A stretch of DNA of 64,000 nucleotides from Selaginella moellendorffii. Its lineage: Eukaryota; Plantae; Lycopodiophyta. Below the pieces are notes generated by a model. The model saw only the letters and a program-made list of their open reading frames with translations. It was not told the origin of the DNA and did no database searches. The translations under genes were made by a program, and so were the position numbers. Below, piece after piece: positions 27,801 through 39,879 of this stretch (its first letter is position 1; every line of letters begins with the position of its first letter). Where the stretch lies: positions 2,335,839 to 2,399,838 of the forward strand of contig NW_003314267.1 of the NCBI RefSeq assembly GCF_000143415.4. Direction: 5' to 3'.

Positions 27801-28811
27801 GAGCTGTTGTTCACGTCCGGTTTTGTCAGTCCATTTCCTAGAGTGGAGGACAGTTGTTGCTGCTGATGCTGCTGAGGAAATCCTCCACGAAGATTGGGGA
27901 GCAAGTCAGTGGCATGCCCGAAACCAGCAACGTTGGAAGGTGGCGGCTGCGGCTCTTGTTGGTCCGAAGAAGCTGGAGAGATCATCTGCGTCCCCAGTCT
28001 CAAATGCGGAGTCTCGCTGGCAAGCTTTTGTTGCTGCTGCTGCTGCTGCATGGCGAGCATGCGAGCTTGGAGCATCTCCGGCGACATGAACTGCTGAGGA
28101 GAATTGTTCCGGGGATTGGCATCTCCAGTCCTCGGCTGGACCGGCGAAGAGCCCACCAAACTCTGTGGATTCTGTCCGAAAAGAAAAGCCATGGAGCTGG
28201 GAACTCGCTGTTGTTGGAGTCCTTGATTCTGGTTCCCAGGTGGAGAAGTTTGCTGTGGCTTGGCAGCGGCATCACTACGAGACATCTGCTGGTGTTGCTG
28301 GGATAGAGCACGATCCTGCGCAGCAGCCATGGCAGATTGGAGCTGCATAAACTCCTGGAGCTTCATATTGTTTGATCCAGGCGCCGCCTTGCTTCCTTGC
28401 TGCTGGATAGCCCTCTGCGCGAGATGTAGCGCATGCTGGAGATAGAGATGGGATTGGAGCTGCCCATCCACGGCTGCCTGCTGGAAGAAAAAAAAACCAC
28501 ACCACATTGTAAATCACCGCTCTTCTCAAATCCTCTCTCCAAAGAAGCTTTCTCCTGCCAAAGAAGCTTGGAAATACCTGGCCCTGGTGCTGGAGGAGAT
28601 GCGTCTGCGGCCACGCCGGGAGCGATCCAAATGGAAGACCCGCGCTGCCGGAGACGCTAGCAGCGGAGGAAACCGACGGATCGACCTCGGAATTCGGCGC
28701 TGCCGGAGAGGCGGAGCCGCGAGCCCGGAGCGACGCCGCTCCGCCAAGGACGCCATGGCCATGGCCGGGCGGAGGAGGAGCTGGAATCTGCTGCTGTGGC
28801 TTCTGCATCAT
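21850..28811 (-). CDS. BRM: BRAHMA SWI2/SNF2 chromatin remodelling ATPase, multi-exon
   Basis: Q-rich N-terminus, QLQ ([20 protein letters not shown]), HSA-like region, SNF2 motifs ([35 protein letters not shown]), HELICc ([27 protein letters not shown]), and a C-terminal bromodomain ([14 protein letters not shown]). Confidence 0.95.
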
Positions 28812-29859
28812 ACCCTAGCCACCGGAAATATTTCCACCGATCCTCGCCTTCCTCGTGTTCCTCGGCCTCTTGCGCCTTGTTCTTGCCAGGATTTCGCTGT
28901 CTCCACGGCACGATCCGGGCGATTTGTTCGTTGGAGAAGAGACGCTGACTGCTCGGCTGCGGAATCTAGAAATCCAGCTCTCTAGCTCTAGCTGCCGCTG
29001 TAAGAAACTCTGCCCACCGCGCGATTCTTCCAAGAAAGAATGCGGTCTCGAAGAATTCGTGAGAAGCAATTCTTTGTTTTTTTCCCCTCTTTGCTGTGAT
29101 CTGTCGTCCGGCACTGATCTAAACAACTAGACGCGTCACATTGCTGCTGCCACGGTGGGCTCCGCATCCGGCGATCCCGCTTTCTCCGCCATCGCTACTA
29201 ACCCTAGCCAAGCTTTGCTCGTCACTGTAAATGCCCGTCAATGTCTCGCGTCACAGATATTCCACGAATCTTTCTCGTTCTGTGTCCAAGCTCTTTCTTC
29301 TTTTTCCATTCTATTCCTTCGGGCTCGTCTCCTATCACTTAAGAAGTTCGTTTCTTTCTTCCCGGAGGAGAGATCTGTGATGACGTAGAACTTGGAAATT
29401 AAAACACTCAAGCGATGGCTGTGAAGAAAAAGAGGAGCTTTGACTCACACACACTTACTTCGATTGCCTGTGCCTCTTTTTCTCTCATCCCAAAAACCTG
29501 TTTTAAGTGGATGAGCAGTGGCAAAACGAAGCGAAACGAGGAGCCTTGACTCACACTTTGATGGCGGCTTTTGCCTCGTCTCCTTTTAGCAGCAAGTGGC
29601 ACTCTTGTTGCGACTCGGGCTTTTCTGACGTCCGGATGAGCTCTTTCATCTGTTCCTGGGAGTTGAACACAAAGTGATTAGAATTCGACGAAGCTTACAG
29701 GACAAAGATCTTACTGTGACGCTCGGGATGCTGTAAATGCTGTGATGGACCATGGAAAGTCGCTACCTTTGTTGATCTAGCTCTTAACAGTAGCATGCCC
29801 ATTCTTTAAGAACAGACGTTTCTTCACGCCATATCTTACTTTCGTATGTAGCATTCAAA

Positions 29860-32828
29860 TCTGTAAGAAACAAGAGAATCACATTTCCATTAGAACTTTG
29901 ATTTCTTACCAGTGATCCTTCTTCCTGCCAATCCAATCGTTCAGAGCCTGCTTTGAAACTTTCAGCCTTCCAAACGTCTCGGGCTTTCTCATTTCCATAA
30001 ACTGGGGGTCAAAGTCTAAAAAATAAAATAAAAAAATAAAAAAATAAACATTTTATATTCTGCTTACCGACAAACTTTCCCAAGTTAAAAACAGGAAGAC
30101 CAAGTTGATTCTCCAACACTTGCGTCACCACATTCTCGAGAAGGCCTGTAGCATTTTTTGCTTCACTCCGCCTCGAAGGGCCAGTGACAATTATCAAGTC
30201 TTCTTCAACTGGCACATCTGTAGCGGGATGTTAAAATCCTGAAAGAAGAAAAGAAAAGAAAACAGCTGCGTATCTGACCGTAGTGCTGTTCTTTCAGAAT
30301 TCTCAACACCACAAGAACAGCTGCTCGAGCTTCCCCCTTCAGTAAACAAGCAGTTCAGTAATTGAGAAGGGAAGACTTCCCAGGAATTGTTTTACCTTTG
30401 ACAGCCCCTGAATATCAATTGTGAAGCAATCTCCAGGAACTCTTGTAACTGACACCTTACGCAATATCGATTCTCCATACTCTTTAAAAATTTGATCTCC
30501 CGGACCACCCTTAGACTTGTTTTTAATCATCTCTTCGGCCCAGTCCTCGATCAAAGCCTTAAGTACTCGTTCATTAGGGGCATATCTGGAATCCATAGAC
30601 TGATTTAGCGGCAAAAGGATCGTTTAAACTATTTACCCATTTTTCCTCATTTCTTCGTAGATGGCTAGTATCCTTTGAATCTCACGCAGATCTCCATTCC
30701 TCCTGGCTCGTAGCAATGTATTGTATGTGACCTGCACACAGACAGCTAATAGTATTTCTTTGTATGATCTATTTAGAAGACCATACCGAATTTGGTGAGA
30801 TACCATCGCGTTTCATAGTTTCGAAAAAGCTTAAAGCCATGGAAACGTCTTGAGAGTTCACGCAAGCCTTGGAGCCAGGAAAAACCAAACCCCGTCAGTG
30901 AGTGACTAGCTACGATGACAGAACACATGTAGGACGAAGCTTATTCTGGATTCGAAGCGGACCTTGATGATGGCTGTGTAGGCGACCACATCAGCTATAA
31001 TGCCAGACCTTCCCATTCTTTGAAAAGCCTGCAAAAGTATGTCGACGTGAATACAAAATATGAGAATACAAAGCTTCTTTCTTATACCTGAACAGCCCCT
31101 TGTTTGTCACCATTGCAGCCATACGAATTAATAAGGATGCACCAGCTTCGCTTATCCGGCCTGAGACCAGAGCTCACCATCTCCTGCATAACAGCTTCGG
31201 CCTGTTTTGGAAGCTTATCACACGCCCTCATCATCGTGTTATAAGCCACTGAGTCGGGACGGACCCATTCGGAGAAGATCGCACTTTCGTCTTGAACTTC
31301 AATTCCAGCCAGTATACGTCCAGAGGTCTTCCATTCTCTAAACAGCTTATGCGCCTTGTCAGACTGGCCACCGTCGACGCAAGCGCTAAGAAGAAAGTTG
31401 TAGGTGAAGGCATTCGGAGTACACCCAGCTTGAACCATATCTTGATATACTTGAAGCGTCTTCTCAACCAATGCCCCTTTTGAGCAAGCACCAACAAGTG
31501 AAGTCCAAGTGACAACATTTGGAACAATACCGGTTGAGTCCATATCATGTTTCATTTGAAATACTCGATCAAGCATTTTGGCCTCACCAAATATCTGTAT
31601 GAAAAGCTGTTACTTACGAAAGACGTAGGGATAAATGACTACCTGGATTAATGTACCATAGCTTAGAACATTCATCTTGATTTCTTTTGCTTTCAGCTCC
31701 TCATACAACCGCAAAGCAAGTACTGGGTTCTTAGACAGACGACAAGCCTTAAAGACGATGTTGTACGTTGTTACATCCGCTGCAATACCGGAACCCTGCC
31801 TCCAGATCAAAACAGCGATGAAAAGAGATTCAGTGACAATCTCTCTACCTGCATCTGTCTGTATAGCCTCAGAACGTGCTGGATGTTTCCTGCGTGAGCA
31901 TTCATCATGCTGTTACATACGTATACGTTTAGAACTGTTCCAGCCTTCAACAATCCCTGGAAAAGATATCACAAGTTACTCGAACACGTCAAACTTTTAA
32001 ATCTCACCTCGAAAATCGCTGTGGCTTTTTCAGCATCTCCACAACGCCCGCAAGCATCAATCAGTATGCAATACGAGTACATATCTGGACGAACGCCGGT
32101 ACTTTCCAGAGCTTGAAAAACCTGGAACACCGACTGAAGATCTCCCTGGTCTCGAAATTTTTGCATGATCATGTTGCATGACTGCAAGATGTCCGGAAGT
32201 AAACAAGCATACCTTCAGTCACACAACAATAAACTACTTTTAGAACGACAGAAGAAGAGAGCTAACCTGAGAGCCAAGGCAGTGTTGTGCATTCTAGCAC
32301 AGGCTTCCATGCAAAGGGTAGGCTTCACCAAGTTCTTGACGACGAATCCACATTCTTTGGACAAAAACGAAGTAATGGTTAGAAAAAACTGGAATGGAAG
32401 GAGCAGAACTTACTTGCGAGCCTTTCCAAGCAACGAATGCATTCCTCTACTCTGTTCTCCTGGAGTAGCCGGCCACATTCATCGATAACTAGCTGCAATC
32501 CATACCTCCCAAGATAATCCGATGGAGAAGAAATTCCCAACTCGCTCAATGCGCGGCAAAATTCCACCACATAAGGAAGCCGGCGCTGCTCCAGCACTGA
32601 CACGCATCCATCACGCACGGCGTGGATCCCTACAACTTCCAAAAACGCCCTAGCATCTCCCACAGCGCCATGCTCCAAGCGCTCCTGGACCAATCCTATC
32701 ATCTCGATCAGCCTGCCACGCCGAGCCAAGCGCTTGGCTTCCCCGACGTAGAAGAGATTGCTCGTCGCCGCTGGAGCCGACGCCGCTGGATTCGCCGCTC
32801 CCCCGAGCCAAGAATGCGGCAATGCCAT
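29860..32828 (-). CDS. P-class pentatricopeptide repeat protein with C-terminal SMR-like region (At5g02830-like), multi-exon
   Basis: PPR motifs PDMYSYCILIDACG, PNVVTWTSLVGAC and PDSVAYNTMMRAC. C-terminal FTIDIQGLSK|GEARAAVLVVLRILKE and RKPETFGRLKVSKQALNDWIGR resemble At5g02830-type proteins. Confidence 0.85.
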
Positions 32829-32929
32829 AGAAATCTAGGGCTCTAGGGTTTAGGGTTTAAGGGCCTAGGGTTTAAGGGTAAAAGCAATGTCCCAAAATCT
32901 AGGGTTCTAGCTCGTGAGGAAGGGGGAGA
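32829..32929. promoter_or_regulatory. 101-bp bidirectional promoter rich in telo-box/telomere-like repeats
   Basis: Divergent ATGs at 32828 and 32930. The interval contains several TAGGGTT/TAAGGG units (CTAGGGTTTAGGGTTTAAGGG). Confidence 0.75.
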
Positions 32930-34971
32930 ATGTCGCACATCCAGTGCCCATACTGCAGCGGCCTGGAGGGACGATGCACGCCATCGGGCAGCGGCCGCTT
33001 CATCACCGAGTGTAAGGCCTGCGCGCGCGTCGTCGATGAGCGGCGCGTCCAGATCCACGAGGTTTTCGTCGAGCGCGCCACGGACACGCCGCTGTGCATC
33101 GTCACGCCGGATTTCAGCGACAACGAGCGATTCCGGGTGCCGCCGCTGGACGATGATCCGTTCGAGAGCAGTGGATTCATCACGGCATTTAGCACTTGGT
33201 CGCTGGAAGCCACACCGCTCTTCACCAACACGACTAGCACGGTGTGTGGGCATCTGGCCGAGCTGGAGAGAGTGATGGCCGAGTACTATCCGAATGGAGG
33301 GGCCAATCTCGCGGGAAGCTTGAATCTGGTGGACATGCTACGAGCGTACTTCCAGATCGTGGAGGTGTCGTCGGTGCTGGGACTGGAGAGGGATAGCTCC
33401 GAGCACGCCATCCAGCTCTTCCGGGATTGCTCCACCGCGACTTTGCTACGCAATAGGAACATCGAGGCTCTCGCTACAGCCGCGCTGGTGCAAGCTAGTC
33501 GTGAGGCGCAAGAGCCAAGAACTTTGCAGGTTGGAAGAAAATTTTAATTTTTTTTTCGTTTGACTGAATCTGAAAGTTTTTGAGCAGGAGATCTCGGTGG
33601 CTGCCAACATACCTCAGAAGGAAATTGCTAGACACATGAAGCTCCTGTCTGATGCTCTTAAGCTAAGCCAGCCGATCAACAGTAATTCTATCTCGGTTCA
33701 CATGCCCAGGTTTTGTAACTTGCTGCAGCTCAACAAGACGACTCAGGTAACTCATTTCTGTTGTTCTACTCCCTTGTACTGAGATGCGTAGATTATGCAC
33801 AGGACCTGGCCTCCCATATAGGAGAAGTTGTGATAAGCAAAAGCTTTTGCACCAGGAGAAATCCTATAAGCATTTCAGCAGCAGCGATATACTTGGCTTG
33901 TCAGCTGGAAGACAAGCGTAAAACTCAGACCGAGATTTGTAAAGCCACCGGGCTCACTGAAGTAAGTCTAGGATTTTCGAGCTTTCTCTCTGGAAGTTGC
34001 TTGACTTATTCTTTTATCGTCATGTTTCATTTGCACAGGTTACTCTACGCAAGGTTTACAAGGAACTGCTCGAGAACTTGGACGACCTGATGCCTAAAGA
34101 CTACACTCCAGCCGTTCCTCCGGAGAAGGCTTTCCCAGTAACTACAGGGCTCCGGGTTTCCACTATCTCCAAGCCTTCAGTCGAAAGCCAGGGCTCTGGA
34201 GTGGGAATCGACTCGAGCTCAGGTGCTACAGTTTTGGCTGGTGGTGGATTCGCGAGCATGCAATCCTCCGGGGCATCATTCCGGATGCCATCAACAGCCG
34301 CAGCAGCGGCAGCACAAATCCCTCCTCATCTCCGCTCGTTATCCGCGGCGTCCTCCTCGGCACCCGTGTACGTGAGGCCTCCAGGGAACGTCTTCATGAT
34401 GCCTCCGACCATGTCGAGCTCGGTGACGCCTCTGGCCTTTCTCGGCGGCGAAGCAAGCAGGGAAGCAGAGAAACCAAAGACAGGCCTGCGAACTGATAAG
34501 TTCGATGTGGATCTCAACGCAGGGTACGTCTCTCCGTCTACAAGTCCCCGAGAAGCCGAGAATCCTCCTCAGTCCTCGTTTAGCTACAGCACAGCCGCAG
34601 CAACGCCGCCACCGTTTCCTGCAACGACGGCGACCAAGCCCGAGAGACGGCCATCTCTGCACGATCTTAACATGGTTCCAACCATGGACGACGATGAGAT
34701 TGTGGAGCTGGATATGTTTGAGAGGAAGCCGCCGGGTCCAGACTTGAATGGCGCTCCTCAAGCTGCTGGAGATCACCACCAGGATTCGAGTGGTAAGTTG
34801 GGAGCCATGCCGTTTATGTGGGGAGGACCCCATGGTTTCCCGGCTGCGGCTCCAAAGAAGCAGGAAGCAGTGGCTGCAGCTCCATGGCTTTTCAACGCGC
34901 TAGAAAAATCCTCACAGGAAGTCAAGAGTGAGGAGAAGATTGCCAAGCGTGATGAGAAGCAAACCTTGTAA
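32930..34971 (+). CDS. PBRP1: Plant-specific TFIIB-related protein 1 (pBRP1), 4 exons
   Basis: Zn ribbon CPYC...ITECKAC, GFITAFSTWSLE, TFIIB cyclin repeats (RNRNIEALATAAL, RRNPISISAAAIYLACQLEDKRKTQ, TLRKVYKELLEN). Exons at about 32930-33528, 33588-33746, 33803-33961 and 34039-34971. Confidence 0.92.
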
Positions 34972-36238
34972 AAAGCAAAAGTTACATCAACTAAGCTCAA
35001 GAACACTCGCAAATTCTTTGTCTAGTATTCATAAATAGATATGCCATGAAAGCTTCGCTAACCTAAAATCTTGGTTATCTACTTTCTATCCTCCAGCTAC
35101 AACCCGTTTAGTCTGCTATCCTGCTCAAGTTCCCACTTATGCTACTAAGCTTATCTTGTTTAATATCCTTGCTATACTTCAATCCGCTGCTACGTGAGAC
35201 CTGAGAACTACTACTTCTTCTATGGCAAGCAATATGTGACAAGGTCAGAACTTTCGATTGTTGGGAGAAGCCAGGGCTTCTGACGATCAATGTAGATGGA
35301 TCGAAGGCAGAAGCTCAGCGAAAGCTCGTTTTATTTCTGTTTTATCACGAGTTCCTTCGGTTCCTGGTAAGAGAAGAAGCTCTAAGTTTGCAAACATTGA
35401 CGATGAAATGGAAGGAATCGCAGTGATCCCTTGGTTAGGTCCTTAACAGCAAATGGTGGCACCATTTTTTATTTGTAAATGGTGGCCGTTGATGGTAGGG
35501 TTCCATTCCTGGTCGTCCGATTCCAACGGTCAACATTCAAAATTCTGGCCGTCCGATTTCAACGGCTTAAATCGAATTAAAATCAGGTGCATCGAAAATG
35601 GTTTCTTATTAGCTCCATACGTGCTCCCTTGTCATCCGGTTCATCCCAATGGAACTTGCTCCTTCGTGGTGAGAGCTGTAGACGGAACAACGTTTGAAAT
35701 TGAGGGAATGGTTTGTAGATCGTTTCCTTAGTTTTTATCTCAGATGTTTTTTGCTTGACAAACACTGTGCGATTGGATCGGCTGAGTTGAAGTCCCTAGA
35801 CTTCAGGTACTAAGTGGCTCTCTGGATCCATTGCGTAGTTTTTCTAGAACTTATGTTGATCACACAGCTTTGTTTGTGAGGATGGAGCACTCTTGGCTGC
35901 CACTACAAACGGTGGCAAAACTTTGTGTTGAGGCCATTGTTATTCACTCTTCAGGCGATGTTCATGGCCGCAGCTCCATCTAGCGTCAAGCAAAGCTGAC
36001 AGAATAGTATCTTTCGCTCACTGTTCTTCCTTTCGTTCGTGGCTTCCAGGCCATAACCAGAGGGGAGACTGGAACGCACGAGGGCTTCGCACGCATCCTT
36101 TCTCAGCCTTTGACATTCGCTGCGACAAAAAGCTATTGGAATTGTAACTATTGCTTCCTTCCATCGATTTGCTTCTCACACAAGGTGGCGTTCAAGCCAG
36201 TGATAGTGTTACTTCTAATGTAACTTTTTTGTTTTCCA

Positions 36239-37650
36239 TCAAGCTTCGAAGAGCCTAACGTCAAAGACCCTAAAACCTTTGCCTTCCAACAGCGAGTTCA
36301 AAAAGGCATCACTGCTGCTAATGCCTTCTCCTTCAAATAACTCGGTGAAATCACTGGCACTGCCGCTGCCGCTGCTCACCCCGACATCATACACTAAATT
36401 CTGAGAGCTTGATATTGAAGTCTCTTCAGCTTCTTGAAACGATTCAGTGTTTATCATCTTGGCCTTCCCACCATCCTCGCCCAAATTTCGAGGGAACCAC
36501 CGCCACATAAAAGGTGGTGGCGATGCTGGTGGTTGTGAAGCGTTGCTGCTGGCTTTCTTAGCGTCACCAGTGCCGCCAGCCAGTAACTTCTGAGATGGAA
36601 ATCCTGTGGCTGCATGGGACTTTAGCATCTGTTCAATGTCCATCTTAGTACAGATGTATCTTATTCATGTCAGCAGAAGCATACCTTGTAGGATGACTCC
36701 TCGGCCATTGTTGCTCCAAGTTCTTCACTATTCTTGTATAGAAGCCTCATGTGCATTTCCACGGTGCTAGTGCCATTGCCTCGCAAGCTCCGCCTAAAGA
36801 CTGAAGCTGCTGTCGATGGAACATCAGTTTGCCTCAACTTTCGAGATCCTGCTGCTGCATGAGACTTTAGCACCTGTTCAGTGTAGATCTCAGTAATCTG
36901 ATTGCTGTCAACAGATACCTTGTAGGATGACTCCTCAGCCATTGCTGCCATAAGTTCGTGGCCTTCACTATTTTTGTCTGGAGGCCTCCTGTGCTTTCTC
37001 ACGCTGCTGGTGCCATCGCCTCTCAACCTCTGCCAAAAGACTGAAGCTGGAGGTGATGAAACACCACCTTGTTCTTCTCCATCTTGTTGTGCACTCACTG
37101 GAGCTATGAAGCGATCCACCCAGCGACGAAGATAGGAGGACCTTGCGCTTCTTCCAGAAGCATCCGTCGGGAACTGATAACTGGGATCGATGCCACCCCA
37201 AGAAATTCTTGAGTTCTTCCCATAATTCCTGGGACGTCACCTCGTCCTCCTCCAAGCCCACTCCACATTTCTTCTTTTATCGACTGAAGAGTGGTCAGTA
37301 GCTTCCAAGTCCACTCTCCAACTAGCTTCTTAAGTTCCTCCACCTCGAGATGCATTTCGGCTCTGGACGGTAGCTGCACCGACGGTAATGTCCAGGTCTG
37401 AAAGAAGCTCTGGATATCCTCCCAACTTAGGTTGTCATCATCGTTGTCGGTTGCAAGCGTCTTGCCACCGAGATGAATCCACTGTGCCAACCATGACCAC
37501 CTCTAGCTGTAAAAGAACGTTGGTGCGATTCCAAGCAAACCATCTAAGCTCTTGAGTTACCTCTTGCAACTCATGGTTGTCATCCTTGAGTACAGGTAAT
37601 GGTGGTGGATCATAGTCGGGAACACTTGATGCTCCTGCGTGGTGATAACT
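36239..37650 (-). CDS. Uncharacterised lineage-specific protein with tandemly duplicated exons (possibly a pseudogene)
   Basis: ORFs 36239-36643, 36670-37119 and 37104-37490. Repeated peptide blocks (ASVF..LRG.GTS...KNSE...AMAEESSYK; EQ.LKSHAA), each ending at a GTAT donor. No recognisable domain; start uncertain. Confidence 0.4.
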
Positions 37651-37666
37651 GCCTAAACCAAGTGTT

Positions 37667-39879
37667 TTAAATTCTATTATTCGCAAGAATAGGCGACAAA
37701 CGAAGATTATTCGCAAGAATAGGCGACAAACGAAGATTATTCGCAAGAATATGCGAAGGGCCCTTAACCAAGAGGGTGGTGGCTTCTTCTTGGATGAGCT
37801 TCCACGCAGCGTCTACGTGCTTGTCTTGCGTGAGTGGACCGCCGATGGCCATCCTCAGCGTGTAGACGCCCGAGAGCACCTATTCAGGCAAGTATAACTT
37901 TGAGAAGAGAGCTCGGATTCGCGATAGTTTTACTGGCTTACCGTGTGAGTGATAAACATTCTTCCACTGGAATTGACAGCCTCCAGAAGCGTGGAGTTTA
38001 GAGTGCGTCCGTTGTCCGGATCATCGCTTTCTGGCTTTAGCCTGAAGCAAATCAAGCCGAATGTGCGAGGAACTAGAAGCTGCAAAATGGTGCCAGCGTG
38101 TTTGAAGAATAGAACGTGTGCCTTACTTGGAAGCGTGGGTCTTCACGCACGAAGCCTTCGAAGCGCTTTGCAAGGCGGACATGGTTCCTTATGTAGCTCC
38201 GTAATCCAGAAGCGCCATTCATGCGCATGACAAACCACAGCTTCAACGACCTGTTTTACAATGTTTCCTAAGGATTTGAGTTTAAAGGAAAAAACGGAAG
38301 ACTAGAACCTGAATCTTCTGCCGAGAGGTATCTGCCAGTCTTTGTAGTCGACAACTTGATTTAAATCAGATGCCTGGAACAACAAAGAAAGGAAAGGAAA
38401 ACTTAAACACGAAAGTGAGAAAGATATGCGCTACCTTGTTACGCAAGAACTCAGGTGTTGTAGAAAGAGCTGACACCAGATGGCTGGATTCCTATCGAGG
38501 AAAGCAAAAGGTATAAGAACTCTTGGAAAATGAATGAACACCACTTTACCTTCACCCAAAGAGCAGAACAATCGAAGTTTGTAAGCAGCCACTTATGTGC
38601 GTTCATGTTAAACGAATCTGCTTTCTCAACTCCATCCAGGTGATGCCGAAACTCTGGGCAGATGCACGCAGAGCCAGCGTAGGCAGCGTCAACGTGGAAC
38701 CACATTCCAAAATCCTGGTAACATTCTTGCATTTTGAGATCGATAGAGATTGAAAAGAAAAGAGCTATACCTTTGCAATATCTCCTAAAGCAGACAATGG
38801 ATCCACGGCCGAAGATGATGTAGTTCCCACCTAGGAAAGAACATAACAGGCGTAAGGAGGGAGACAAGCTAGTTGCACGAACTCACAGTCCCGCAAAGGA
38901 AGAATGGCAAGAGTCCCTGCTTGACGCCATCCTCAAGTGCTTGTCTCATCGCAGCTGGTGATACTGCATAGTTTGTTGAGCTATCAGTTGGAACAATCAC
39001 TAGATTTTCAAGAGGAATCCCAGCAATCTGGACAACAAACACGAAGAGGTTATCACGGATTGAAAGGACTAGAAGCTTGAAATGGCGTACCGCACATCCT
39101 TTTTGCAGACAGGAATGAGTTTGATCTGACGTATACACCGCCAACTTTGAAAGAATCTCCGCTTCCGACAAACCTTTTCTCTTGTTTTCTGAAATGGCTC
39201 GAGTTCGAGCAGCGAGTAGCACCACAGAAACTGCCTCACTAGCAGTTCCTTGAATCACTCCGCCGCCATTACCTGCATTGTAAAGTGTAAGATTGATGAT
39301 CTTATAATCTAAAATTTCCACCATACCTCCAAATAGAAACTCGTCGGGAAGTTTCAACAGCTTTGCAAGCCAGTCAAGAACAATGATCTCCAGCTCTGTC
39401 GCCGCCGGCGAAGTTATCCAGCTAAATCCAACAATGTTCAATCCAGCACTTAACATTTCCCCCAAGAGCCCTGCCGTGCTACTGTTGGACGGATAATATC
39501 CGAAAAAATTCGGACTTTGCCAGTGTGTGACTCCCGGAATTATCTTGCTCTGAATATCTGAAAGGAAGGAAGCTCGGCATTTTTATCGCGCGCTTGGAAA
39601 CAGAACATACCGGCAAAAACTTCCTCCAGCGCTTCGGGATCTTCTGGCGCAGCCGGAGGCAACAAAGTTTTCAAGTATCCAGGCTGCTCAATAAATCAAG
39701 TGTCAGGCAAAGTAGAAATTGGAGGAAGAAAAGAAGGAAAAACGTACAGAGACTTGACTGCGAACGGGAAAGCTCTCGATATCACGGTAGTAATCTGCAA
39801 TGAAGTCCACCATCTCGTGAGCATGCTTGCGAAATTCTTCCGCGTCTATTGGCTTGGGCCCAATGTTCGCTTCCCCCAT
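37667..39879 (-). CDS. PLP-dependent aromatic L-amino acid decarboxylase family member, aromatic aldehyde synthase type, multi-exon
   Basis: [77 protein letters not shown] lysine motif [42 protein letters not shown]; last exon [13 protein letters not shown]. Confidence 0.93.
37676..37751. repeat. Perfect 30-bp tandem repeat (2.5 copies) in the last exon of the decarboxylase
   Basis: ATTATTCGCAAGAATAGGCGACAAACGAAG twice plus 16 bp; encodes [10 protein letters not shown] repeats. Confidence 0.95.

Noticed and set aside
13211-34971. Functional clustering of transcription/chromatin genes (SCS, BRM, pBRP1)
   Set aside because: They are interspersed with unrelated genes; chance proximity is likely in a gene-dense genome.
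37676-37751. CRISPR-like 30-bp repeats
   Set aside because: The units are contiguous with no spacers, lie inside a eukaryotic exon, and there are no cas genes.
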